Positions 12,401 through 24,160 of a DNA stretch of 64,000 nucleotides are shown here, one piece after another (position 1 is the first letter of the stretch; each line of letters starts with the position of its first letter). Both the position numbers and the translations under genes were made by a program. The DNA lies in assembly GCA_003614675.1 (NCBI GenBank), contig ML002217.1, forward strand, positions 1 through 64,000, given 5' to 3'. Source of the DNA: Dimargaris cristalligena (Eukaryota). The notes below the pieces were generated by a model. It was given only the letters and a program-made list of their open reading frames with translations. It searched no databases and was not told the DNA's origin.

Positions 12401-13325
12401 GCAGGATCTCTTTAGAATTTAATGGCATTTTTATTCCGAGTTTATACGTACAAATTATTTATTATTACGACTAAGTATCCACAGTGAGTGGAACTGCTGG
12501 GGACCGAAGGCTGCTGCCCGTCCGTGGGAGGCGTGCCATCAATTCACCTGTTCATTCTTCAGGCCGGGCTAGTATTGGTTAGTCTACCTAGCCAGCCAAG
12601 GGATCCCAGGGCCGATCGGATCCTACCAGAACCCCACCTCTCCCACTTCCTATTAAGGCGCATGGTCCAACCATTTCGGCCGGCCCCGACCTGGTGTTGG
12701 GGAAGGGATGGTAACGGGCTCACTTGGGAACTTATCATTTAGTTTGGACCTAGTGAGAGTTCTCGCCTACTCTTAGTTGAGTAGCCCTGTTACCTATGGC
12801 GATCTTTACGGTTTTAGTACAATGTCCGCTTTTGCCCACTTTGGATTTTTAATCTATTTTACGGTGCCAATCACCGACTTGAGATTTGTTTGGTCTGTCG
12901 CGTCCTTCCAATCGCATTGCCCGTTGTTTCATGGCCATCTTTCCTATATATTTTGTTTTAGTTCGATGGACAGTCGCTTTCACTTTCACTGCCGGTATTT
13001 TGTACTCGCGGCCTTCAAATCCCATCAATGCAAACCACCATGGTTTTGTACACCCATCCCGAATGTGGCAATCGCCTTAACACTCTGGTCCTTCGTTGGC
13101 CTCAATGAATACGGGAACAAACATACCCTCCCGCCACTATTATGGCCACATACACATTGACACACGCCATCACCACGGACTTGCTTCGGATAATTTGTCT
13201 AACATCGCTATGTTATCCTTGATAAAATGTACTGCCTTGCTTCCAGATACCATCACCATGCGTTTGGTCTGGGCCAGCATTATAATTCGCTGCGCAAGAA
13301 ACATTTGCACCACCAAGAAACCTGA
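9417..13325 (+). CDS. OTU2: OTU-domain deubiquitinase, Otu2/OTUD6 family; exons 9417-9471, 9672-10003, 10289-10423, 10770-10789, 11010-11164, 11497-11558, 12266-12375, 13247-13325
   Basis: Spliced product has the N-terminal charged coil (RHRKEQREL...KKRKKEI), Cys loop VESDGHC|LFRAVADQL, LRRKAADYMRAHKDDFIPF, variable loop WGGEPE|ILAL, His loop LS|YHHHAFGLGQHYNSL. All seven introns are GT-AG and phases are consistent. Confidence 0.92.
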
Positions 13326-13582
13326 TTTCACTGATTAGACATCTCACTTATCAGACAAATGTTCCCCAGATGACTTACACTGACTATTTCAATTTCGATG
13401 GATAATCCTCTCCTCATCGCCTACGTCTGAGTGAAGGGGGTGAATTTTCTAAATGCCACTACATTTCTCATTACCACTAAAGCCATTCGAAATGTTGACC
13501 ATCCCATCGTAAATAGGGATATGTAGTAACTTTATTTTGGTTGATTGATTGACCGGACGATCCCTACTTTGGTTAATTTCAC

Positions 13583-13603
13583 ATATATATATATATATAT
13601 ATA
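13583..13603. repeat. (AT)n microsatellite
   Basis: Direct reading; similar AT runs at about 51402-51419 and 52354-52368. Confidence 0.9.
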
Positions 13604-16600
13604 AAGAATTTCTTTGTCGATACATTGATTATCGATTTGATTTTTGACCAAAAGTGAGCCGCGGGTAATCAGTTGACCCCGCCACCCAATGGGCACTTCT
13701 GCGAGAGAATAAATGGACAGAATTTGGTCCGCAAAATGGGTGGAATAGGCGGTGAGGAACTTGCCATAACTCTTGTACATTGCACAACAATGCCCAAAAG
13801 GCCCCCAAAAATGACCGCCGATCCCTATATTCAGTGGTATTACTCATTTGGGTCCGGGGATTGCCCACTTCAGTTGACTCTAGTACGATGAATGTTCTCT
13901 TGCCAACCTGCTGGGCCCAACGGTTTCTCACATCGATTAAGAAAACTAGCCTTATTGACCGTGTAACGGTTTAGGTCGAGTGGGACCGGTGGATCAACCG
14001 AGTTTCCAAGGAGGGAATGATTTGACAAAATAACAAGGCGCCGAGTTGGGCGAGAAAGCTTTTTAAAGAGTTATTTATTGATTATTAAATCGAAACTTAA
14101 GGAGTTAAGATTGTATTATGTCTATTCATTATATACTACTCGGTTGGTTGTCTACTGGCTTGGGCGGCTGCTGTTCGCCACTTGCCCGGTGGAGGCGGAT
14201 GTGAGGGGAAGGGCGAGCTGGACGATTTCATTGGACGGATGTCCTAGTCGTTCTACAATTGGGTGTTCCGCCTCGCCTGGCGGTTGCAACCGCCACGGCC
14301 ATTATACATTACCTAAGCCTGTTCAAATGGGGGTAGGTCGATTTACTTTTAGATGATTGGGGTACGAGAATGTTGGTTCCTCACCCAACAAGGTATTCGG
14401 CATTGACCGCCTATTTTTAGGTGACCATTGCCCAAAGCACACCCGACTCTATCCATAATAGATTGCTCACTCTTTCCCCCATCCCTTCATCCATCAATCC
14501 AATGTATTTTTTAATTTAGATGAAGATGCCCCGCCTGGGTCACAGTCCGATGAGGACAATTTACAAGACTGATTAGCCCCAATCTTTATAAATTGGGTGG
14601 ATTTTGAGAATGACTAACCGAAGTCGGGTTCATCAACCCCTCCCTCGCCCTAATAGAAAATACACTGGGATGTCCCGCCTAAACTTTTAAGTTGATTACA
14701 AGGCCTTCTTCCGCCGAAGCTTTGAAATTCTTCCTCAATCAAATTCAAGCGAAAATTATATTCGGCCCAAAACAGATGAGAAGTCTTCGTTTTGAAGCCA
14801 TAAAAAAATACATGGACTTCATGACCATGGCCTTCATGTTGCATGGGGACAAAGCCCACGGGGGGGAGTCCGGATGTTGGTGAACATGTGCCCGAGAAAG
14901 AGAGTCCACAATGGGAGAGGGGGGCTGAAACGGAGGGGCATGTTTTTAGTGGTGGTTACCTCAACCTAAGCCCTGCTTATTTCGGACCTATTTTAAAAGT
15001 ATGATGGAGAAGCACCGAGAATCCATACGGATAAATGGAGGTTGGCTAAACTATTTTTTGATTGTTGATTTACGAGAAGGTGGTAAAACGGGGTGTGTAT
15101 CTGATAACTGTAGGGATAATAGAATCAACTGACTGAACCTATAGTTTCTTAGGTATGCATTACCCACTCCAAGGGCGTCAGCAAATGGGGACGCATGTGA
15201 GCAGAGTGAGGTCCTGGAACTGATAGTGTGATGCTTTCTATAGAAATTTAGCCCCGGTAAATGTTGACGACTGTTGTGTCCATTAGAATCCCATAGTACG
15301 GCAAATGTGAACGAAGTAGGGAAGACTTAGGAGTATGAGTGAACAGAACAGTGAGAGTAACCTTTGGGTACAATGGCACACTCGTCTCATTATGAAATAA
15401 CTGTACCCTCAAGACCTTCAAAAAAGCTCGTTATCATCCGGAGTACTAGGTTTCAAATAGGTCGATATGGCTACTAGACGACTAGCTCTACAAAAGTCGG
15501 TTGGGCTGTTACTCGGGTAGGCGAGCGGGCTTGAAGGGTCCGAAAATGCCAGGCCACAAGGAACAGCCGGTCAAAGAACTTCCCCCCCAGAGAACTCGGG
15601 TACGCTGCCTCCCCCTAACTGCATTCGGCCAACCACCTTAGCCCAGGGTACCCTTGCGCGGGCATCTCATCTAATACCCTTGTCGTACATCACAACACAA
15701 ATCATTCCGAACCGCAGGGTTGCTGCTATTAATTTGTTTAGCGCACATAAACCCCTACTTTCTCCCACTCCTGCATTGCTCCTCACCCACCCATTCCCCA
15801 TTTGTAGACCAGCTCAGACATGTGTTGAGTGTCCCGTTATATCAGAGCACATGTTAGTCTGGGAACTGCGTTTCGGACCGCACGTCCCCATGGCATCCCT
15901 TTACCACTACCGGAATCAGCCACGACACATACTTCACCACTTCACATTTCGGGTCATGGCTTGTGGATGGCGTGGGGTAGTCTAGCTCGGATTATTTTTT
16001 TAACGGGATGTTAAAAAATGGACGAGTTGCACCGCCTAATTAGAGTAGGCCAGTGGGCTGGAGTGTGCCAGGGGCGCAGAGCTACCACAAAACAAAGGGC
16101 ATGACCACCCCTCGCCCTCGAAAATCGCGCACCAAAATACACTAGCCGTACCTTCGCAATCGATCCTTGGTGAATATAATCTTCTGTGGACGGCAATTTA
16201 TGAAAGGAATTTGGAGCACCTCTTCCAGCCCCCTCCCCTAATGCCCTTTAACCTCGAGTTCCGAGTAGTATGTTTAACAATGGGGAAGGTATGACAGGCC
16301 AATGGAGCACTAATGAATGAAGAAGAAAGATGAGGCTGGGGTGTGTGGATGTGGGTGTGGGTGTGGGCGAGAAATATCCTTGTCGAACTTCCTATCCAAC
16401 TCATTGGCCCCCATGTCCATATAGATACCAACGTTAATCCTGTGGGGGGTGGATACTTGCTGTATTTTTACATGATACGTGTCTTAGATATTTGATGTGC
16501 GCTAGGGACACATCTTGCCTTATATATACCGGCCAGATCAGCCCTTGGGGAAGTGCCTCGGCGAAGACATTTCATATAGACCGCATCGGGCTGGCAGCTA

Positions 16601-18060
16601 TACTACATCTGTGGTGGAATATTGTATTTTTCTCATACAGCTGGGGCCGGGTACATAATGGACCCATCCCACAGTTACGTCAGCGGATACTCAATTACAG
16701 GGCCAGAGTTAGCCCAGTGGGTCCGTCGAAGATGTTTCATCAGACCATGGCCAAGTCCCCCATATTACCATTCCCGCTAACATTCAGAGGACGTGCATTG
16801 CTCCATTTTACAGGTCTTTAATGTAATGCAAACCCCTTTGCGTTTAAGTATTGGGTCTGAGGATTCTAATTACGCTAAACCCTTTGCCTACCCTTAATTA
16901 CACCCTAGCGTCCTTCAATAACAAGCATAGTCTCATACACAGCTTGGTATACCCACCCATACATTGGTGAATCTATTAAATTGCGCAATCCACTAATGGC
17001 TGTCCCCTGCCTAATAATTGCACTCTATCCCCACCCTTCATTTCTCTTTCTCACTCTCTTAACATAATCAATGTTAAAAGGACCCAGGCCATTGGCCTCT
17101 TTCGAGCGATCCTTCGCTGACGAACAGCATGTGGTTGGAAACTTCTACTCTAACACGGATACACTCGCATGGTTCGGGTGAGAAACCACGAATACATTAG
17201 GCTACCGTATCCATTTATTGGACGGTCCAAGGAATGAAAAATGGTAATCGTCTGAACAAACGTGTGAGCTCAAGTAAGACTACAACCACACCCCTACTAA
17301 AGCATCCCCATGCTTAATTGACTATCGGAGGGAAAATACAGTGGATTTGAAATCCTTTTCATGAATACCTCATTCAGATCCCTTACTTATATTCTCACTG
17401 ATCACAACTATCCCAAAATGGTTAAATGCGATTGAGAGGTCTCACCCACGCGCTACACTGGTTGACTCTTTTTGAATTACCCCTGGTGTACTTGTAATAA
17501 CTGAAATTATGGTACAAATTATATCATATCCAGAAATGCCAAAGGCAATACAGGCTCACAACTAGGTTACCTGCTTCAAAGTCGCAGTCTGATCAAAGCT
17601 TAATATGGCCCAATAGAGTGTATTGGCCTTGTCTAAATTACCCTTGTTCAGTAGGTAGCGGTATGCGGCCAATAACCAGTATAAAATAAGGATTTGATTA
17701 GTTCTAGAAAGATCGCCCCTACAATGATACAGTTGAAGATGGCCCAAATGAACCGTGGTGGTTGGCGGAGGAATAGATTGAGCTGAGTGATGGTGGAAGA
17801 GGACTGGCGGACAAGCCAAATTGTACGAAATCATTATTGTGGATAATAAGTATCTAGAGGGATTTCCGAGCACCTGTCAAAGCATAAATACAACGGTACC
17901 CTCCTCCTCCCATAGTCACCCACCATCCCTCTCACTTATTCGCCCCCCATTCGGCCTCGATTCATTGGTTTCGCTCTTTCCACCATTTCCCGCCTAAGCC
18001 TCACTCTAACCCCCCTTCCCAGTCCTTAGCAGTTGAAGTGCTATCCCTTTTCCACACACA

Positions 18061-18474
18061 ATGAAATTCTCCGCCATTGCCATCGCCACCGTCGCCGCCT
18101 TCTGCACTATCGTGCAAGGTGCCGCTCTGCCCGCCGTTCAGACCCTGGACCGACGCCAATTCTTGAATTACTCCAGCGACAACGTCTACAACGTCAAGGC
18201 CCAGAAAATTTTGAGCACTGATTCGGCCATGAACGACCGCATCATTTCCGACCTGAACACCCTCCAACTGGATGGTCTGAATGGCACGGCCCTCTACTCT
18301 ATAACCAAACCCTTCTCGAGTATTTCCAACTTCGTGACCCTCAAGCTTTCTTATGGAGTTGAGCCCCAGGTGAAGAAATTTTCCTGGTACAACACCATGT
18401 ACATGGACAGTGTTGGCTATGCCAGCGGTGAGAGCAGTGATAGCAGTGACAGTGGCTGCCTTGGTATGTGTTAA
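18061..18474 (+). CDS. Small secreted protein, tandem-array copy 1 (137 aa), candidate I9/subtilisin-propeptide-like inhibitor with C-terminal GCLGMC
   Basis: Signal peptide MKFSAIAIATVAAFCTIVQG, pro-segment ending DRR|Q, C-ending codon bias, three clear paralogues downstream. Product call is by-eye inference. Confidence 0.9.
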   Translation: MKFSAIAIATVAAFCTIVQGAALPAVQTLDRRQFLNYSSDNVYNVKAQKILSTDSAMNDRIISDLNTLQLDGLNGTALYSITKPFSSISNFVTLKLSYGVEPQVKKFSWYNTMYMDSVGYASGESSDSSDSGCLGMC

Positions 18475-19882
18475 ATTACGAGGGCCTTCTCTCTTGTCCC
18501 TTAGTTTCATTATACCAGGTTTGTAGTCCCTGTCGCTCCTTATCTCTTTATTTTTATTTTTTCACTCCCGTATATTAATGCCATATGTTCCCCTAACTCT
18601 TTAATGCCACTTCTAGTATCCCCAATTTACATCTATTGCTGTATTATGCAGGCACGCCGTTGTCTACTTGCACCCAAATGCCCATATTTATGGTTGCGTA
18701 TAATGTCAATAAATTGATTAACTCTACCCAAGGCCGCCCGTCGCAGGTTAAGATAAAAAGAACCCTCGATTGAATCAGCTGTCTTTTACAACCTGCCGCA
18801 GGAAGTCCTCGAAGGCCCCCTCTACCCATTATATTGGAATGTGCTCATCCCGACACTGGATGTTCTGATAACCAATCCAATACTCTGCGTAGAATCACCC
18901 TATTGTATTAGGGGGGTGGAATTCAGGTATTTTAGGTGCCTTTATCACTGACCATAGGGTAATAGATATGGGATCGACGCAATACACATTCGGGTACTGT
19001 CCAAGGGTTGATCTCGGCGTTTCTCCTTGACAAACCACTTTCCGGTCTTCTCGACTGATCCTCTCATTCAGCTTCTGTCCACACTACACCCCACCTTGAG
19101 AGGATAGTTAACGATTTAAGTTATTGTTATTAAAAGTGATAGATTAAGAGGGATGAATGGCCTTTTTTTGCCGATCCTGGCTTTATGCTTATGGATTACT
19201 CGACGGGAATCGTGTCGGCTTGCCAGGCGGAGCCGTTAACTATCGCATTTGTTAGCTCAATACGAGTATGCACTAGTACCCAGTAGAATACGTGGTTGGT
19301 CGGGTATTAAATGTTTTACATTGATGCGTCGCAAAGTCAACAATTAGATCGAATGTTACAGGGTGTAGTAATCAATATATGACACTTGGGCGATATATGT
19401 ACAGTACTGTAAAGGGCGTGTCAATGTGATATACTAATGCAAGGTTCTACATGTTCCCCACTATAGGAGTTATAATACCCAACTTCGCACAGCAAGAATC
19501 TAGCTATAGGGGAGTTGGTCGATTCTAAGTCATGTGACCCAGGATTAGTAAGTTGAATGAGATGCTTATTTGCTGAGTGTGTGTATGTGGGTAGGATACT
19601 GTGGCAGACTATATTCTATGGCTCACTCATAGTCGTAAGTTTCCACCTACTCAGCCTATTCCAAAGTCCAATATACCCTAAAGGAGCGTGCTGGATTTTA
19701 AATAGGAGTCTTTGTTCAGTTCATGGATGAAAGAAAGTGAAGGGCGGGATGGCTGTTGGAATGATGGCCTGAGTGGGAAGTGTCATGGATGATTGCCTCA
19801 TCTGCGCGAGAGTTAGTTAGCGATGGCCATAGGAACTGTGGAGTTCGAAAAGTGTAAATTGGGCTAACCAACACTGTGAGAC

Positions 19883-19968
19883 CCAAAAGTTACGACTAGA
19901 TGTATGGAATAGTTTATCGTGGCTGGAATAATTGGACTCAATTTCTAATTTTCCATGGAATATAAATA
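19883..19968 (+). promoter_or_regulatory. Core promoter of array copy 2: CCAAAAGTTACGACTAGATGT element plus TATAAATA (equivalents precede all four copies)
   Basis: Copy 3 has CCAAAAGTACGGCTAAATGT (22143) + TATAAATA (22205); copy 1 CCAAATTGTACG (17816) + CATAAATA (17883); copy 4 CCAAAAATT (23966) + TATAAATA (24025). Confidence 0.6.
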
Positions 19969-20163
19969 GCGCGCTGGATCTCCTCCGGTTTTACCCATCA
20001 TCACACACATCATCAACTTTATTTGGCCTGACCTCGCTGGCATACTTTCCTCCACCCCCCACCATTTCCCAATTGTTCCTCCCTCAGCCCTCCTCTGCTG
20101 CTACACTCTACCTCTCCACCAGCCCCAGGCCAGCCTTTCCCAAACCACCCTTTTCCATTCACA

Positions 20164-20562
20164 ATGAAGCTCTCCGTTGTTGCCTTCGCCGCCATTGCCG
20201 TCGTCTGCACTTTTGTGCAAGGTGCCGCCCTACCCACCGCCCAAACCCTGGAACGCCGCCAAATGAACGGCGTGGAAAGCGAGAACGTCTACAACGTCCA
20301 GGCCAAGAAAATCCTGACCACCGACTCCGCCATGAACGCCCGTATCATTTCCGACCTAAACACCCTCAAGCTGGGCAACCAGAACGGCACCGCCCTTTAC
20401 ACCGTGACTAAGCCTTTCTCCAGCATTTCTAACTTCCTGGGTCTCAAGCTCACCTATGGTGTCGAATCCCAGGTTATGAACTTCTCTTGGTACAAAACCA
20501 TGTACATCGACAGTGTCGGTTCTGGTAGCGGCGATGATAGCGGCTGCATCGGTTTCTGCTAA
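20164..20562 (+). CDS. Small secreted protein, tandem-array copy 2 (132 aa), C-terminal GCIGFC
   Basis: Signal peptide, ERR|Q, same core; about 81% identical to copy 3 (25 differences in 132 positions, counted by hand); TATAAATA at 19961. Confidence 0.9.
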   Translation: MKLSVVAFAAIAVVCTFVQGAALPTAQTLERRQMNGVESENVYNVQAKKILTTDSAMNARIISDLNTLKLGNQNGTALYTVTKPFSSISNFLGLKLTYGVESQVMNFSWYKTMYIDSVGSGSGDDSGCIGFC

Positions 20563-22357
20563 ATTAGAGGACTGTCATTATTGACTCCGTCCATACAGCT
20601 TGACTATTATCATTCCCTACTTTCAGTCTCCATACATAGGTACGACTCCTTTTACACCGTTTACATTTTTATTATTTATTTTTTACATAGTCGCAAATGT
20701 GCATTATAACTATCGTATATACTGTCAATAAATTATTATATTTTAGCCTCAAAGGTTATTAAACCAACTGATACCCATACCATAACACAAGGTAGAAAAA
20801 TCTTGAGCCGAAGTTCCAGCATAGGAAGGCCCTTGAAGGCTTTCGACATCCATTGCAATACAAATCTTTAGCATGACTTTGGCCAATTAAGCGGCTGCAG
20901 TTACATAGCCATTTATAAAGCTCAAAATACTTGAGAATGCTGATACTCGCTTTAAATCCTGCTTAGCCCATCTATAGCATAGCCGACGTTCGGCCAGTGC
21001 ATAACGTAGTCTTCCATTGGACCAGTGCGTATCCTTGTAATGATTAAATGTAGCCAAACTTATCAGACCATTTGTATATATTCTCCCGACTTTCCCATGC
21101 CCATATACTAAATACAGAGTCAGACGGAGGATATATGGAATCGGTAATTTACTAGATAGGCTGATCAAACAGGTATTGCTTTTCCGAGACTATTGGAGTG
21201 GTGTATTTAAGGTTGAGGACACATACCATTATGGATTATTCAGTTATACAACTGGCTAGCCAGATATTTTCTTATATAGCTTACTACGATTGGCAATATT
21301 CAAAACGATGTGGGTGAATTATCTTCCAACAATAAAGTGACGCGTGCTGACGGTGAGAGACCATAGAACCTCTTCAGCCCATGACCGGTGTGGGTAATAA
21401 AGGATTATTTTTGGATAAACCTAATCTAACTGCATAGCCAAACATGGTCAGATTCCAACCCAGCTGTATTGGGTCGCCAAATGCAATGTAGCTGGAAGAG
21501 TGGTTGGGTGTTTTGGTATACGGCCGAACTAAACCTCTTCCGTATGTTTCTTGGGACAAGTGTTTCCAGTTGGAAATGCAAACCTCATATATTTTCTTAT
21601 TAGGGCTAAACCGAAGGTTTTGCACAGCTACTTGAAGTCCTTCCCAGATTGTTCAAATTAGAGTTTGAAGGGAGTTTGGCATACGGGACAATCATCCAAC
21701 GGAACAGCACCTAAACTCCGGCGACAACTTTTTTCAGAGAGAGGAATTGGCATTTACAAATAAGGTAAGAATAAAAAACGGTTTCCACCGGCCGCGTTTA
21801 GGTCTAATTAGTGTGGTTATTTTTTAACATTTGACGAGGTCTGGGTAGTAGGGTTGGTTCACTATTGGCCTGTTGGATCCACTGCCCCAGCCTGCCCAAG
21901 GTCCAGTATAACCGAAAAAAATAGCACTGGGGTCAATGGCGGTTGTTTATAATCACTGGGCCGACGAAAGCAACATGGAAGACATTGACAGTGCGAAGGG
22001 AAGTTGTGGGTGGTTCGCCATGAATGATTGGCCTTACCGCGGATACATAGTCGATGGCGATGGCCAAAGGAATTACAGAAGTGCGGAAGGAATTCACTAT
22101 TAGGAGTTTTCATGTCGATACCTAGACCTATACTTCCCCCAGCCAAAAGTACGGCTAAATGTTAAAAGTGCCATTCAAGCCCCATCTCGTGTCCATAATT
22201 CAACTATAAATAGTGCACCATTCCATCTTCGTTTTAATTCATCACCATTCACATTTTATAGTATCCGGCATTACCTTGCCCTCCTCCCAATCAACCCCAC
22301 AGCGCACTACTCCTTCGCCTCCATCCGCTCAATAAGCATCTCTCCACCCCCTTCACG

Positions 22358-22756
22358 ATGAAGTTCTCCGCCATTGCCTTCGCCACCCTCGCCGCCGTCT
22401 GCACTCTTGTGCAAGGTGCCGCCCTGCCCACCACCCAGACCCTGGAGCGCCGCCAAATGAGTGGTGTAGGACCCGAGAATGTGTACAACGTCCAGGCCAA
22501 TAAGATCCTGACCACCGACTCCGCCATGAACGCCCGCATCGTTTCCGACCTGAACACCCTCAAGTTAGGCAGCCAGGAGGGCACTGCCCTCTACTCCTTG
22601 ATCAAGCCCTATTCCAGTATTTCCAACTTTCTAACCCTCAACCTTACTTATGGTGTCGAGTCCCAGGTGCGGAGCTTCTCTTGGTACAAGGCCATGTACA
22701 TCGACAGTGTTGGTTCCGGTAGCGGCGATGATAGCGGCTGCATCGGCCTCTGCTAA
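22358..22756 (+). CDS. Small secreted protein, tandem-array copy 3 (132 aa), C-terminal GCIGLC
   Basis: Signal peptide, ERR|Q, same core; TATAAATA at 22205. Confidence 0.9.
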   Translation: MKFSAIAFATLAAVCTLVQGAALPTTQTLERRQMSGVGPENVYNVQANKILTTDSAMNARIVSDLNTLKLGSQEGTALYSLIKPYSSISNFLTLNLTYGVESQVRSFSWYKAMYIDSVGSGSGDDSGCIGLC

Positions 22757-24160
22757 ATTACCAGGTTGCTGTCCTGCAATACCTTACGGGCTCCCAGTTT
22801 ATATCCCAGTTTCTACTCAATTTTTTTACATCGTATATACTTTACATTTCTTTCTAACCCAAGTCGAACTTAGTCATTGGGTTGCGCTATCCCCCGATTT
22901 TCTAAGTATTGGGAAATGATCACTGCTGTGATCGCACGTTGCTAATAAACCACTCCAAAGTCCGGAATGATTAGTGGCCCGTAGTCTAGAACAGATGCCC
23001 TTGCTAATGCATTTAATTTTAACGTAAATGGCGATATGAATGATCATCGGAGTAAATCATTTTTCTATTTGGTCCGGGCTTTTGGGAATGTCATTGGCCA
23101 TTGAAGCGATAGGTGCCATATAGTACTACTAATATATTTTTTAATAATATGACCAAAAGCGCTACTCTAAATTCCGTTGGGGATATTCATAATTTAGTAA
23201 AAACTATGTCTAGTTTATGAAAACATTATACACTAAGTGAAAACCTTGGTGTTGCCCATGAACAGCCCCAACCATCCAGCGCTAAATTCTTACATATATT
23301 TCCCACGTATCCATTACTGTACTACCTAAGGCCTTGAAGGGAGCCGCAGGCACGGGGTGAGCACTTGGTCCAGTTAAATATAGGAATAGGTGCAAAAGAG
23401 CAGGTAGCTAGCTGTTTGACACAATATTCGCGAAGAGTTATTTGGCAGTGGTTGAGGAATGCGCTCCTTTGCAATTGGAAGCATAGGTTTCAGATATCTT
23501 TTAAAAAGGAAAGGCCCTGTGCGAGGCGTCGGAGGGTCAGGCGCCAATGCTTTATGGTGTAACCTGCGGCACATCTCAGGGGGACAGGTAAACAATGTCC
23601 ACATGCCGCGGTTAGGGCATGAAGGGGTGGTTCTGCTTGGTAACGGTTAGTGAAGTAGGTACGGTTGCACAGTTGTGCAGTTTCACTGTTGGCCAGTTGA
23701 ATCTAATCTGCTGGTTCACCAAAAGTTCAATTATACCGAAACGGGCGACTCAATATTGAAAGCTGATGTATTGATTTCGCCGGGCAGAGCGAAAATGGGT
23801 ATCTGGAAACTATGCGAAGTTGCGCTGAAATGGTAGCGGCTGGCCATGGACAATGCCCATCATCGCCCGCCCAATCGATAGTAATAGTCATTGATGAGGA
23901 AGGAACGGGATGCATCCATTCGAGCTTAGTTCCGGTGGGTGAGCTGATACTTGCATTTTAGTATACCAAAAATTCCCTGTAGAAAAAAAAGGATTTAAAC
24001 CCAGGTTCTGGTTATTTCTCAAAATATAAATAGGATGTCGACAGTCTCCCCATTAAACTCATCAATTACATCTAATTACCACATCTCAACCGTACCATTT
24101 CTTCACGCACCCCTCCCTTTCCACCCCCTATTCCACCTTCCCGCCCCTTTGCCATTCAAG

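Noticed and set aside
14118-14883. Possible degraded gene (signal-peptide-like start, donor and acceptor sites)
   Set aside because: All frames are interrupted and no homology could be recognised.
17071-17181. Short ATG ORF upstream of the array as a fifth degenerate copy
   Set aside because: No signal peptide or alignable similarity to the four copies.
18001-18510. 169-aa antisense ORF over array copy 1 (and similar ORFs over copies 2 and 3, H1, BNA3, PKC1)
   Set aside because: Expected from C-ending codon bias of the sense gene; not conserved as ORFs among paralogues.
20545-20562. C-terminal cysteines as a prenylation signal
   Set aside because: Not CaaX, CC or CxC spacing, and the proteins enter the secretory pathway.
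24035-24160. 42-aa N-terminal extension of array copy 4
   Set aside because: That ATG lies 3 nt after the TATA box, so upstream of the likely TSS; homology fixes the start at 24161.
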